The notes below the pieces were generated by a model, which had not been told where the DNA came from, did no database searches, and saw only the letters and a list, made by a program, of their open reading frames with translations. A stretch of 64,000 nt of DNA from Octopus vulgaris (taxonomy: Eukaryota), in contig OX597819.1 in NCBI GenBank assembly GCA_951406725.2, positions 100,936,001-101,000,000 on the forward strand, read 5' to 3'. Numbering within the stretch: position 1 is the first letter of the stretch; each line of letters begins with the position of its first letter. The translations under genes were made by a program, and so were the position numbers. Below are positions 1-12,385 of the stretch, piece by piece.

Positions 1-311
1 CTAGGCTGTAGTTTATGGCTCGGGATTTCTGGAACCACCATTGACACTGCCTTACGCTTATTGTCCAATCCCCATATACTGCATTAATATTTCTTGTACT
101 TTGCACACATTTATATTGTTATTCTTTTATATGTTTCAGCCTTGAGGTTGTGGCCATGCTGGATCATGTGTGTGTGTGTGTGTGTGTGTGTATATCTGTC
201 TGTCTGTCTGTATGTATATATGTATATGTATGTGTGTGAACAATAATATTTTCAACAGATGTGTTGCAAATGTATCTGATTGTTCTCAAGCTTCAATACT
301 GTGTGTGTGTA

Positions 312-342
<31 letters not shown>

Positions 343-504
343 ATGTATTTATGTATGTATATGTATGTATGTATGTATGTGAATATGTATGTATGTGTGT
401 GTATGTATGTGTGTGTGTATGTGTGTGTGTGTATGTATGTATGTATGTATGTATGAGTGTATGTTTACTTTATTACTAACACAAGCCACTACGGTTATTT
501 AATG

Positions 505-943
505 TAAAGTCTTCCTCAAATCACTCTCTCTCTCTCTCGCTATTTACTCTCTTCCAAGAACATTTTCACTCACTCTTAGCTCTTAGCTTCCCATACATTT
601 TACTCATGTATCTATCAGCGTCATAGACAGAATACTTTCAGTTTAGTCTTCCTCAAATCACTCTGTCGCTATTTACTTTCATTTTATTCGTTGCCCACTG
701 TGTGTGTGCGTTTGCGTGTGGTGTAAACCAGACTAAGAAAAGCATTTGACACACACACCAGAATGTGAGTTTTCTGTAAATTTTGCTTAATTGGAGTTTA
801 AATTTTAAAAACTGGACCTGGCATGACGCGATGCATTCTACTCTCAAAAATGCCAGGTAAATTGTAATTGAAGAAATCCTATATTGTAGATTTGTATAAC
901 TCCCAAAGGGAGGCAGATAAAATCTGCCTTTTATAATAAGAGA
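505..943 (-). mobile_element. Helitron-like non-autonomous element (5' end on minus strand)
   Basis: The minus strand begins ATCTCTTATTATAAAAGGCAGATTTTATCTGCC, a TC...TATTATAAAA start resembling Helitron 5' termini, with a subterminal palindrome GGCAGATAAAATCTGCC. There is an internal direct repeat (GTCTTCCTCAAATCACTCT...CGCTATTTACT at ~508 and ~646). No clear 3' CTAG/hairpin is seen. Confidence 0.4.
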
Positions 944-965
944 TATATCTGTATATCTCTCTCTC

Positions 966-1027
<62 letters not shown>

Positions 1028-1085
1028 TTTTGTTTTTGGATTTGGTTTGCAAGATTCTTTATGCGAGTTCGTATGTTGAAGCATA

Positions 1086-1369
1086 TTCTATTGTTTCTGG
1101 GGAAAGTCATTTTCTTTTTGTGCCTTATAATTTAAACCACTCAGCGGTAAAATTTCCTCTTGTTCTTATTTTTATTTTCCTAAAATTTTCGTTGCGTCTT
1201 GCAACTATTTCAAAAGTCAAGACTATTGAAAATATTGTCAGTAGTAAAAGGTTGCATGATGCAACGAAAATTTTAGAAAATACAAATGAGAAATAAGTGG
1301 AAATTTTACCGGTGAGTGTCTTAAATTATAAGGCACAAAAAGAAAATGACTATCCCCAGACATAAAAGA
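1086..1369. repeat. Imperfect inverted repeat with ~130-bp arms
   Basis: 1086-1218 (CTGGGGAAAGTCATTTTCTTTTTGTGCCTTATAATTT...AAAATTTTCGTTGCGTCTTGCAAC) is the reverse complement of 1221-1369 (GTTGCATGATGCAACGAAAATTTT...AAATTATAAGGCACAAAAAGAAAATGACTATCCCCAG). The centre reads TTTCAAAAGTC-AA-GACTATTGAAA. Confidence 0.85.
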
Positions 1370-1371
1370 AC

Positions 1372-1562
1372 AAGCCACTACACACATTTTTCCCTTCTTT
1401 TTTCTCTCCTTGTCTCTCTCCTTGTTTTCTGTGTCCCTTTCTGTAGAAGAGCGTAGGCTCGAAACGTAAAAGACTTTTTCTACTCCTAAGCGTTATACTA
1501 ATACATCTGTTGTTTTGTACACCACCCGTCTTCGACTTTTTTTGTTTTTTTGCGTAAACACT

Positions 1563-1566
<4 letters not shown>
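1372..1566 (+). mobile_element. Penelope-like terminal-repeat remnant with hammerhead-like motif
   Basis: Similar to 17413-17545. Contains CTTT-CTGTAGA-A-GAGC-GTAG-GCTC-GAAAC-GTA-AAAG at 1437-1472. Confidence 0.55.
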
Positions 1567-1634
<68 letters not shown>

Positions 1635-2495
1635 TCTAAGACCCTGAACGAGAAAAATTCAATGACAGTACTCTAGAGTAAAGATTAGTTGCCAACATAA
1701 TGTGGCAGTTCTGATTAGGACGAATGCAACTGTTATTTAGCCCGAAGAAACATCGTTTCCAGCTGGCTATCGACGCACTATTTGCGTCCTTATATTTTCG
1801 AACAGAGATTTAGAAATAATTATTTTTATATTTAGGAAATCAGCGACTGTGTGTCAATTTGAAAAATATATATTTCGAAGAAGAATCTAATGTCACAATC
1901 TCTAACCTAGCATTTATTCTGTGTTGATGAAGTGAAATAACTCACAAACCACTGGCATACAGATATTTCTTTGAACTGAGTGGGGACACTAATCTTTCAG
2001 ACAAACAAGAAAATCACACACGTGTACAAATATGTTGAAGCATTCAAAATATATAAATGCAACACATAAAAATAAATATTTATCACTTGAATCGGTCCTT
2101 ATTTAGCAGAAGGAAATCGTGACTTACTTGGGCAACCAGATTAAGCACACAATAAAATATCCAGTCTACGATACTGCCTCGCATGCATGAAATCGTCTTT
2201 CCAAATGAAAAAATAAATATAACAAAATCAAACAATCTATCGAAATAACAGAAAACTGTTTTTGAATTTTTAATACTTTATTTTAATAAATGACACCAGA
2301 TAGTTGCGTATTAATATATCGATGAGGTAAGTTTTAATATAGGATTTAAAGTTTCCATGTTCTCAGCACAATACATCGTAACGGATATGATCTGAAGCTC
2401 AATCCAAATAACACTTGCATATACACACACATACCTACACACGCGAGAACAGGTGTGTGTGTGTTGCATTACTTTCTTAATTTATTGGTTGTTTA

Positions 2496-2815
2496 AGGCG
2501 GCGAGCTGGTAGACACGTTAGCACGCTGGGTGAAATGCTCAGTAGTATTTCGTCTGCCGTTACGTTCTGAATTCAAACCCGCCGAGGTCGACTTACATCC
2601 TTTCGGGGTCGATGAATTAAGTACCAGTTACGCACTGGGGTCGATGTAATCGACTTAATCCGTTTGTCTGTCCTTGTTTGTCCTCTCTGTGTTTATCCCC
2701 TTGTGGATAGTAAAGAAATAGGTATTTCGTCTGTCTTTACGTTCTGAGTTCAAATTCCGCCAAGGTCGACTTTTCCTTTCATCTTTTCGATTAAATAAAT
2801 ACCAGTTACGCACTG
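2496..2815 (+). mobile_element. tRNA-derived SINE family B (Meta-domain-like), dimeric
   Basis: Head AGGCGGCGAGCTGG...GAATTCAAACCC and core CATCCTTTCGGGGTCGAT...AAGTACCAG. The internal unit GGTATTTCGTCTG...ACCAGTTACGCACTG occurs twice. More than 10 homologous copies lie in the window. Confidence 0.85.
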
Positions 2816-2936
2816 CCGTAGATATATCTATACATATATATATATATATATATCTCCTTTTTTTGCTTGTCTTGTTCCTTGGTTTGTGTCTATATGTGTT
2901 CGACGTCCTTTGGTGTCCTGTACACATATATGCGTG

Positions 2937-2974
<38 letters not shown>

Positions 2975-2977
2975 ATT

Positions 2978-3210
<233 letters not shown>

Positions 3211-3411
3211 ATATATATATATATATAAGAGTTTTCCTCATGATAGATCGCTAGACACTACAACATTTAAAAATTTTCTCTCTTTGTTTATTTCAGCATT
3301 CCTTTTTGTCGAAGTAAAGAAATAGGTATTTCGTCTGTCTTTGCGTTTTGAGTTCAAATTCTAATAATAATATCTAAATTAATAAAGTTTGAATATTCAT
3401 TCATTTATGAA

Positions 3412-3459
<48 letters not shown>

Positions 3460-3488
3460 ATACACACACACACACACATACACACACA

Positions 3489-3528
<40 letters not shown>

Positions 3529-3529
3529 T

Positions 3530-5634
3530 ATTCTGGATCTCTGCTTCACGAACAATATGGACATCATTCGTGATGTGAAAGTTACACCGACATCAGTTTC
3601 GGATCACAACATAATAGAGCTGTCTATGTTTGGGCCGAAAGTAACCAGAGACATACAGCCTAAAGGAAGCACTCTAAATCTCTCCAATCTGAACTTCCAC
3701 AAAGCAGATTGGAAATCGATCCAAAAAGAGATCCTCAGAGAGGACTGGCCGGAATGTCTCTCCACACCAGACATTGACATGAAACTAGAATGTTTCATGT
3801 CTTCTGTGCAAGCCGTATGCCAGAAATATGTCCCAGAGCACAAGGCCAAAACAAATAGGAGCAAGATTCCAAGAGACAGGAAGATCCTCATGAGACGACG
3901 GACGAAGGTTGCAAATCGTCTCAACCAACATCCCAAAAGTAGCGAAACGTCCCGCCTAAAATCAACACTGATGGAGATCGAAAAAAGGCTGCAACAATCC
4001 TATGTGAAGGAGAAAGCAGACAAAGAAGCCTGGGTTATAAAAAACATTAAATCAAACCCAAAGGCCTTCTTTCATTACGCAAAAGAAACAGTCTCATTGC
4101 ACTACAAGATAGGACCCCTCCTCCAAAAAAATGGCTCCCTCACAGACAGTCCAACTATGATCAGTAAGATGCTGAATGACCAGTTCAAAAGTGTCTTTCC
4201 CACCCCGTTGGAACACAGACAAGTGAACGAACCAGTGGACTTCTTTGCCGCCTCACCTATAACCAGCGAGGCGGTTACAATAGAATGTATTGAGATTAGC
4301 GAAAAAGATGTCCTACTAGCCATAGATGAAGTGGACACAAACTCAGCTGCTGGTCCAGACGGTTTCCCAGCCATCCTCCTCAAAGCGTGTAAGCATGCCC
4401 TGGCAAAACCCCTCAAGATTCTCTTCCAGATCTTTCTTGCGAATGGCAAACTGCCAAGCAAGATGAAGGTGGGAATAATATGCCCAATACATAAAGGGGG
4501 AAGTAGAGCAGATGCCAAAAACTATAGGCCTATCTTTCTGACTTCACACATCAGCAAAGTAATGGAAAGGATTGTCAGAAAGAAACTAATCGCATTCCTT
4601 GAGGAAAATAACTTGCTGAGTAATACCCAGCATGGTTTTCGACCAGGTAGGAGCTGCCTGACCCAGCTCTTACAGCATTATGACTGGGTGTTGAGGCAAC
4701 ATATCAAATGTGGACGTAATCTACCTTGATTTTGCAAAAGCTTTTGACAAGGTGGATCATGGTATGATATGCCACAAACTACGTGACCTCGGCATAGCTG
4801 GAAAACTTGGAGTGTGGTTGCATGACTTCCTGAAAGATAGGAGTCGGGCAGTAGTGTTTAATGGAGCCACCTCTATGAACACACAAATAGTGAGCGGTGT
4901 TTCACAGAGCACTGTCTTGGGACCACTGCTTTTTATAGTGGCCCTCTCAGATATGCCCTCAAATGCCCGGCAAGCTATGCAGACGATACGAAAGTCTCGC
5001 AGAAAATACAGAAACCCAGCGAAGTTGCACACCTGCAGCAGGAGTTGGATTCAATCTACAGATGGGCTGAGGATAATAATATGCAGTTTAATGCTGAAAA
5101 ATTCCCCGCCCTGCGCTACCAGCATCCAAAACTGAATATTAAACTTACAGGATACACCGGTCCACAGGGAATTTCAATCCCGGAGAGAAGACGGGAGAGG
5201 TATGCAGTAATATATGTCTGGAAGATCCCGGAAGGAATTGTGCCAACTTTTGGAATTGTAAGCTACACCAATGCTAGAACGGGACGACACTGCATAGTGC
5301 CAAAGATCCCAGCAATGCCATCACGCTACAGGACCAGTTTCTGCAATAGCCTGGGTTTCAAGGGCCCACAGCTTTTTAATATTCTCCCAAAGAGTCTGAG
5401 GAACTTGCACAAAGTAGATGTAGCGGTTTTTAAATCAAAACTGGACATCTTCCTGTCAAGAGTCCCAGATGAACCTACCTCATGGCAAGAGGTGCAAATG
5501 AGAGTAGCTGTATCAAACTCCATTCTTCACCAAGTGCCACATATTAGACGAGGTTCGTCGCAATAACAGTGTAGCACAAAACGGCGGTGCATCAGCATGG
5601 CCGCAGCTCTGAGCTGAAACTAGAAAAAAAAAAA
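3530..5634 (+). mobile_element. CR1-clade LINE, 5'-truncated, frameshifted ORF2 (endonuclease C-terminus + reverse transcriptase)
   Basis: Motifs: LDLCFTNN and SDHN (APE C-terminus), NFHKADW, GPDGFP, NYRPIFLTSHISKVMERIV, QHGFRPGRSCLTQLL, DVIYLDFAKAFDKVDH, SYADDTK (YADD at 4976-4987, shifted frame) and RRERY. There are frameshifts near 4700 and 4970 and an internal deletion near 5180. The element ends in an A-rich tail. Confidence 0.93.
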
Positions 5635-5664
5635 TATATATATATATATATACATACACGCACG

Positions 5665-5749
<85 letters not shown>

Positions 5750-6500
5750 TGATCAAAATATAAATACATATATCGATCGATAGCTCTTCTTATAAACAGA
5801 AATATTATACACCCGCATATATACATATATGTGTGTGTGTGTGCACCCATACGCACACACGCATAAGCAACTACACACACACTTGAAGAAAGACAATGAG
5901 AGAGTATGACAGGTAACGTGAGAGAGGACGACTGAAAAATGTAAAAGCGTAGCATACACATAATAACGTAGAACTAACACACACTAAGCACAATCGCAGG
6001 AAGAGCAAACGATTTTTCTCTCATGACCCTCTTATTAATTTATTTTTTCTCTCTGTGTTTGCCAACAATAACTACCCAGGTTATCTTGGAATAGAAAATA
6101 AAAGACATGGTCACGCATGAGTGAAATTAACTATAAGGGGATACTATCGGTACCCGTAATAAAAATCACCTACCCACGCCAACACCCGGCCACCTAAGTT
6201 ACTATATTGCTTTTATTTATTTGTTTATCAACCAGAACATACTTATTATAAAATCCCTTTTATCGGCCTTACTCCGGTTACAATTCTTCAAACAAACTCT
6301 CCATCCCTTCACTCTGCCGATGACTTACCTATGTGTGTATACGTATGTATGTATGTATGCATGTGTGTATGTTTGTATGTATGTATGTATTTATGTATGT
6401 ATGTATGTATGTATGTATGCATGTATGTATATATGTATGTATGTATGTGTACCCAGAAAGTGATAATATTTGAACGCGTGTTTATGTATGTGCGTTTGCT

Positions 6501-6616
<116 letters not shown>

Positions 6617-7293
6617 CATACATATATATATATATGTATGTATATAAATGTATGTACGTGTGTAAGTCTACATGTGAGTGTATGAGTGTTGCCTCTCTCT
6701 TTAGAACACACATATATATATGTATGTTTGTGTGTATGTATGTGTATGCATTTGTGTGTATGACATATATATGTGTGTCTCTATGTAAGCATATATTTTG
6801 CACACACACTCACACACACACATGTACACACGCGCACACACGTACACACACACGTACACACACACATAGTTGTTTATTTTTCTTCTTCCAACTTTTTCTT
6901 TATTGATATCTTTGTGTTCACTGTTTTTCTTTGTGCTTGGTTCATGTTAAATATAGACTTTTATTGCATGTAAACATGAATCTTGCTGGGTTTATTGCCA
7001 ATTCTTCTCCACGGGGTGCTAGAGTACCCGAGCCTTGTCAACGAGGTGTGTAACTCCAGGTTACTGAACAACATCTCGACGCACAGAAATAGTCTACACT
7101 TCCTCACCACTATTTCGTACTTCTGTCGTATTCTGTTTTTTTTTTTTTCTATCCATGTTGTATGACATAAAGTGACAAAAGAACGTAAGAATACCTCACA
7201 CGAATATATCCACACGCATTCTTGGATGACACTCGCAAATAAATATATGAGTGTGATTGCGTACGTATATGGGTGTATATGCATGTAACAGGA

Positions 7294-7365
<72 letters not shown>

Positions 7366-7718
7366 CTTGAACCGTCACCTGTTTGATGGAATCGTGAGGC
7401 TCCACTTTACAATCTGACGGCGCCCATCTATACCAAACATTAATCCAACTATAAATCTGGTTACTCCCGTCAAAACGCTACCACTACCACGTGCGAAAAG
7501 TGCAAAGCATCAACACACTAGTCTCACGTGTGCACACACACCAGACGTACGCGCACGCGCAAGCGTCAGACAAATACATGTGCGCACAAACCAGATATGT
7601 GTGTGTATGTGCGCGTGTGTGCGTATGTGTGGGTGCGCGCACGTGCGTGTGTGTGCGTGTGAGTCCATATGAGGGCGTGTGAGTGCAAGTGTGTGTGTGT
7701 ATGTGTATGTGTGTGCGT

Positions 7719-8035
7719 GTGAAGGCGCATAACTCAGTGGGTTTCACAAACATGAAGTAGTGAGTTCGATTCCCGGACCGGGCTATGTGCTGTGCTCTTG
7801 AGCAAGATACCTTATTTCATATTCCTCCAATTTACTCAGCTGTAGAAATGAGTTGCAACGTAACTGGTGCCAAGGTGGATCGGCCCTTGCCTTTGCTTTG
7901 GATACCATCAGTGGCGTGGTGAGGGGAGGCCGTTATGCATGAGGGACCTCTGGTCTTTTACAACATTGCCCAGAGCTGTGATTTTGACTTTCTAGGTGCA
8001 AGCCTTTGAGCATTCATATCGGTAGGGGGTCTTAA
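7719..8035 (+). mobile_element. Degenerate tRNA-derived SINE
   Basis: Head GTGAAGGCGCATAACTCAGTGG, B-box GAGTTCGATTCCC, then CTTGAGCAAGATACCTTATTTC...ACTCAGCTG. Related to 33261-33495. Confidence 0.65.
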
Positions 8036-8399
8036 CCCTTATTTATATATGCATTCCACTCCCACATACCCCACCCTACCTCCATATCCTCAAGCGAAGC
8101 TCAAACCCCACCCTCGCATCCCCACACCATAACAGCACAACACACACCACATCACCCCCGCACACACTAGCACTGACCACTTCCCAGCACTCATACCATC
8201 ATCCACACACTCATATATTACAGACATACACACACACGCACACGCCCACACGTCGAAGTCACCAGCCCCAATCCACACGCACACACACACTCTCACATAT
8301 ACACACGCATATTGGGATCACCAATACTTTATTACCTCCCCTTCTTCCTAGCTCTCCTTTCCAACTACCTTTGTCCAGCCAGTCACCATGAGTTACTGC

Positions 8400-8950
8400 A
8401 TTGTAGATTTCTACCTTTCAATACTGAAATTGATGATCGTTTAGATTTTGGTAGGCAATTCGCCAATATCAACACTCGATTACAGAACCATCATGAACGC
8501 TAAAATGTCAATCTTGATTCATGTTGATTCCTGCCGGTGAAGAAAGAGGGCGATCCATTGTTTGATATAACTATGGGGAGTTAAGACGAAGCCACGGACG
8601 CTGAATCGTTGGGTTATTTAACTTGGATGCACTGAAGAAGCGCACACCCCGCATAGTTTGGCCCATGTTAGGGTTGACGGTCTGATAACATCAAGCCATA
8701 TGAACGGCCATACCATCATTAAGTTTAGGAAAGACTTGACAAAGACCTTCAAACAATTCGGCTTATGTGTCACAGTTATCACTAACCTGACAATGGTCGA
8801 ATTTTTAGATGCAGCCCTAAACCGAAAAACAGACAAATACTACACATATAAGATACCAGATTAGGACATTGTGTACTGCCATAGATACTCAAACTACCTT
8901 CCCTTCTGAACGTGGAAACCTTGTTTGAGTCATCGAATTTTAAACTTTTA
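8400..8950 (+). mobile_element. Decayed Penelope-like reverse transcriptase fragment
   Basis: Translation gives FDITMGS*D, RVDGL (degenerate YRDDGL) and FKQFGLCVTVITNLTMVEFLDAALN, matching the FDVTMGSYDG...LKITI..NL..V.FLDV.LN pattern of a Penelope-like RT lineage. Contains stops. Confidence 0.7.
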
Positions 8951-10399
8951 GCGGATAGGCAAGTCTTCAGAAAGAGCGAGCACTGAAATCACTGAGAAAT
9001 TAACACATATGCTTCCAACATTAGCACTGCTTTTAATTCGTTATTGAATTTAATCTTACGTATACATCGCCGTAGCATGCCAACGGATAGTTTTTGCCCT
9101 ATTTACATGTAGTTATAGACTGGCGATCCGATTCCTTCCCGGCTCGATTCAAGTACGTGATGTTGACAAACTACAGAAATTGAAAAATAACGGTATGAAT
9201 AACTCGTGAATTCGGGCAGAGGTGAGCTATCTCGCCTGTCTATGACTTTCAGATGTTTTAGCACACGATGATATGAGAGTGTCGTTATCCAGGCGCTATT
9301 AGGAGGTGAACCGGTGAACAAGCAAAATATATAGATTGAGTGTGTGCTGTTGATAATATGTCTGTATGTATGTATGCATGACTGGATGCGCTCGAGCGGG
9401 ACAATTATACCATTTAGGCTTTTTTTATTGTTTATTGCTTCTAGTTTTCTTAGTCTTTCACTTTCTTTATTCTTATATACACATGATTCCTCTCTCTCTT
9501 TCACTCTCTCTCTCTCTCTCTTCCCCCTTTCTCTGTATCTGTCTGTCTCTGCCTATGTATCTGTCAGTCTGCCTCTCGCTCAACCGTTTTTCTTAAAAAT
9601 ATGTGATAACCAAGTTTTTTCTGAGGTACTATGAGAATATTAGTCAAAGTTTTTACACTGTGTCAACCTATCATATCAAAATTACATGGACATTTTATAT
9701 TCCAACTTCCATTCGGTTATACAAATATATACAATACGGTATGTACAATACAAATACAATATAATACAATACAAATATAAATACAAATACAATACAAATA
9801 CAAATACAATACAATACAAATATGTACAATACAATATACATACTACGCTATTTCTTTCCTCATTAGAATTTAACAATTCAAGATAAAAGCAAGACAGCCA
9901 CCTGGAGGGTTTATCATAAACGTACGATTCCATATATACATACATATAATAATATACATAATATGGTTAAAATACAGGAGTGTATGGCTGCAAAGATGAA
10001 TTCATACATTCATTTACGCATGAATTTAGATATGAGTACCGAGGTATACACCGACATGAATACATATATTCGGAAATACATACATACATTTGTTTGCTTG
10101 CGACTACATACGTAAACAGTCTTATAAAGGTGTTTATGTTGCGGATGTATGACCACACATGAAGTAAAATGTTTGAAATGATAAATGAGAAAAATGACTA
10201 CAAAGACGTTCTTTGTGCCGACTATCAAACACGTAAATACATACATACACATACATACATATATGTGTGTATGTGTATGTATATGTATATACATACATAT
10301 ATATATAAGCATAATAAGCTTTATATATATATATATATATATATATTAATAAATAAAATAAAACATATGCATATATGTAAACATATATGTATGTACCTA

Positions 10400-10580
10400 C
10401 CTCTACATGTACATATACACGCATATATGAGTACAGGACACCAAAAGGACGTCGAACACAATAAGAAACGAAAACATAGACACAAACCAAAGGTACTGGA
10501 CATTTTTTTAAAACAACAAAAAAATAGAGTACAGGACAATTAACATAAAGAAAAAAACCCTTCTTCAGTCGCTATGGTTT
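10400..10580. repeat. Short interspersed repeat (other copies at 2855-2930 inverted and 17200-17280)
   Basis: Shared GAGTACAGGACACCAAAAGGACGTCGAACACA...TAGACACAAACCAA. Confidence 0.6.
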
Positions 10581-10689
10581 CATATATATATACATATATA
10601 CATATATATAATATGGATACATATTTATTAATAAATATTAACATTTACTTTGTTTTTATCTTTTCATTATTATTATACGTTTGGTAAAA

Positions 10690-10910
10690 GTGATAAGCTG
10701 GCAGAAATGCTAGCACGCCGGACAAAATGCTTAATGTTATTTCGTCTGTGTTTTTATTCTCAGGTCCAATTAAACCATGGTAGACTTTACTTTTTCTCCT
10801 TTCGGTGTCGATAAAATAAGTACCAGTCAAGTACTGGGGTCGATGGAATCGAATCTTTCCTTCCACAAAGATTTCAGGCCTTGTGCCTTTATATATTGGA
10901 AAGGATTATT
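10690..10910 (+). mobile_element. SINE family B copy
   Basis: AGCTGGCAGAAATGCTAGCACGCCGG...TTTCGGTGTCGATAAAATAAGTACCAGT. Confidence 0.75.
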
Positions 10911-10935
10911 TACAGGCGTTGTTTTGATAGAATCG

Positions 10936-11340
10936 TGCTGTGTGGTAAGTAGCTTGCTTACCAGCCGCATGGTTCCGGGTTCATTCCCACTGCGTAACAC
11001 CTTGGGTAAGTGTCTTCTACTATAGCCTCGGACGGACCAAAGCTTTGTGAGTGGATTTGGTAGACGGAAATTGAAAGAAGCCCGTTCTATATATGTATAT
11101 ATACATGTGCGTGCATATGTTTGTATGTCTGTGCTTGTCCCCCTCCCAACATCGCCTGACCACCGATGGTGGTGTATTTACGTCCATGTAACTTAGCGGT
11201 TCGGCAAAAGTGACCAATAGAATAAGTACTAGGCTTACAAAAAATAAGTCCTCGGATCGATTTGGTCGATTAAAGGCGGCACTCCAGCATGGCTGCAGTC
11301 AAATGACTGAAACAAGTAAGAGAGTAAAGAGTAAAGAGTA
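10936..11340 (+). mobile_element. tRNA-derived SINE family A copy
   Basis: GCTGTGTGGTAAGTAGCTTGCTTACC...GGTTCATTCCC...CCTTGGGTAAGTG, a central microsatellite, and a 3' tail GGCGGCACTCCAGCATGG...GACTGAAACAAGTAA. Confidence 0.85.
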
Positions 11341-11795
11341 TATCGAAAACACATTTTACATGATTGCACTTGAAGTTCAAATTGAGACCAGCTCAAACTT
11401 ATTTCGCATCCTTTCAGGCTCGAGGAAATAATGCACCTGTGAACTAAGAAATGACTGACCAATACTTTTAATGTAGATGACCTCGAGGCTAAAATTGAGT
11501 CAGTTGGTTTTTTTTTTGGTGGGGGGGTCCGTTATAGGATTGCGGTTTTACTACGGTGCGGTTTACAAGAGAGTCAATTAAATGGAGGCCAGTCCCTATT
11601 TATCGAGCATAGATATTCATCGATTTCTAAATATAGGATCGCTTGGTAACAGGATATAAATGGACTCAAATAAGACCAGAGATCATCGGTTTACCTTGAT
11701 AAATATAGACTTGGACGTCATGGTCTCAAATATATACTAACACACACGCACATATTTATATGAATTTATATATGGGGAGGTACACATCAATATAC

Positions 11796-11826
<31 letters not shown>

Positions 11827-11954
11827 AAGTATTGTAGTTCTCCTGAAGTATTGTGTATTGTTTGTAAAGAATAAAAAGTTTTAAATGGTACAGCAATGCA
11901 CTATGATATAAGAAAGATGGACTATATGCCTGTTGTAATTTCGTTACCCATAGT

Positions 11955-11992
11955 CCGATGATATTTCGGAATACAATTCCTTCTTCAGGTAT
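11955..11992 (-). ncRNA. Minimal hammerhead-ribozyme-like motif
   Basis: The minus strand reads CTGAAGA-A-GGAAT-TGT-ATTCC-GAAAT-ATC-ATC. The CUGANGA and GAAA boxes flank a 5-bp stem II, but stem I is weak. Confidence 0.45.
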
Positions 11993-12296
11993 TCTTAGAT
12001 GGAATCGCTGCTTTAATCGGTAGGACTTAAGAACGGTCAATCACATTGTAATTTCCCTTTGTTTAACGGTCATTTTCATAGCATTTTTTGATGGCCGGTT
12101 AACTGCACCGACATTCGAAACTCGGAGTTTTATCATGGCTACTGAATAATTGTCACATATTATATTTAAAGATAAATTTCTGTATTTACATAATATCGAG
12201 GTCTCTTTCATTCTTTTGTTATGTTACCATTACTACACACACACACACATACACATATATATATAAATGTATGTTTGTATGTATGTGTGTGTGTAT

Positions 12297-12335
<39 letters not shown>

Positions 12336-12385
12336 CATACATACATATATTCCATGTGCGTGTGTGTATGTGTGTGTGTGTGTAT

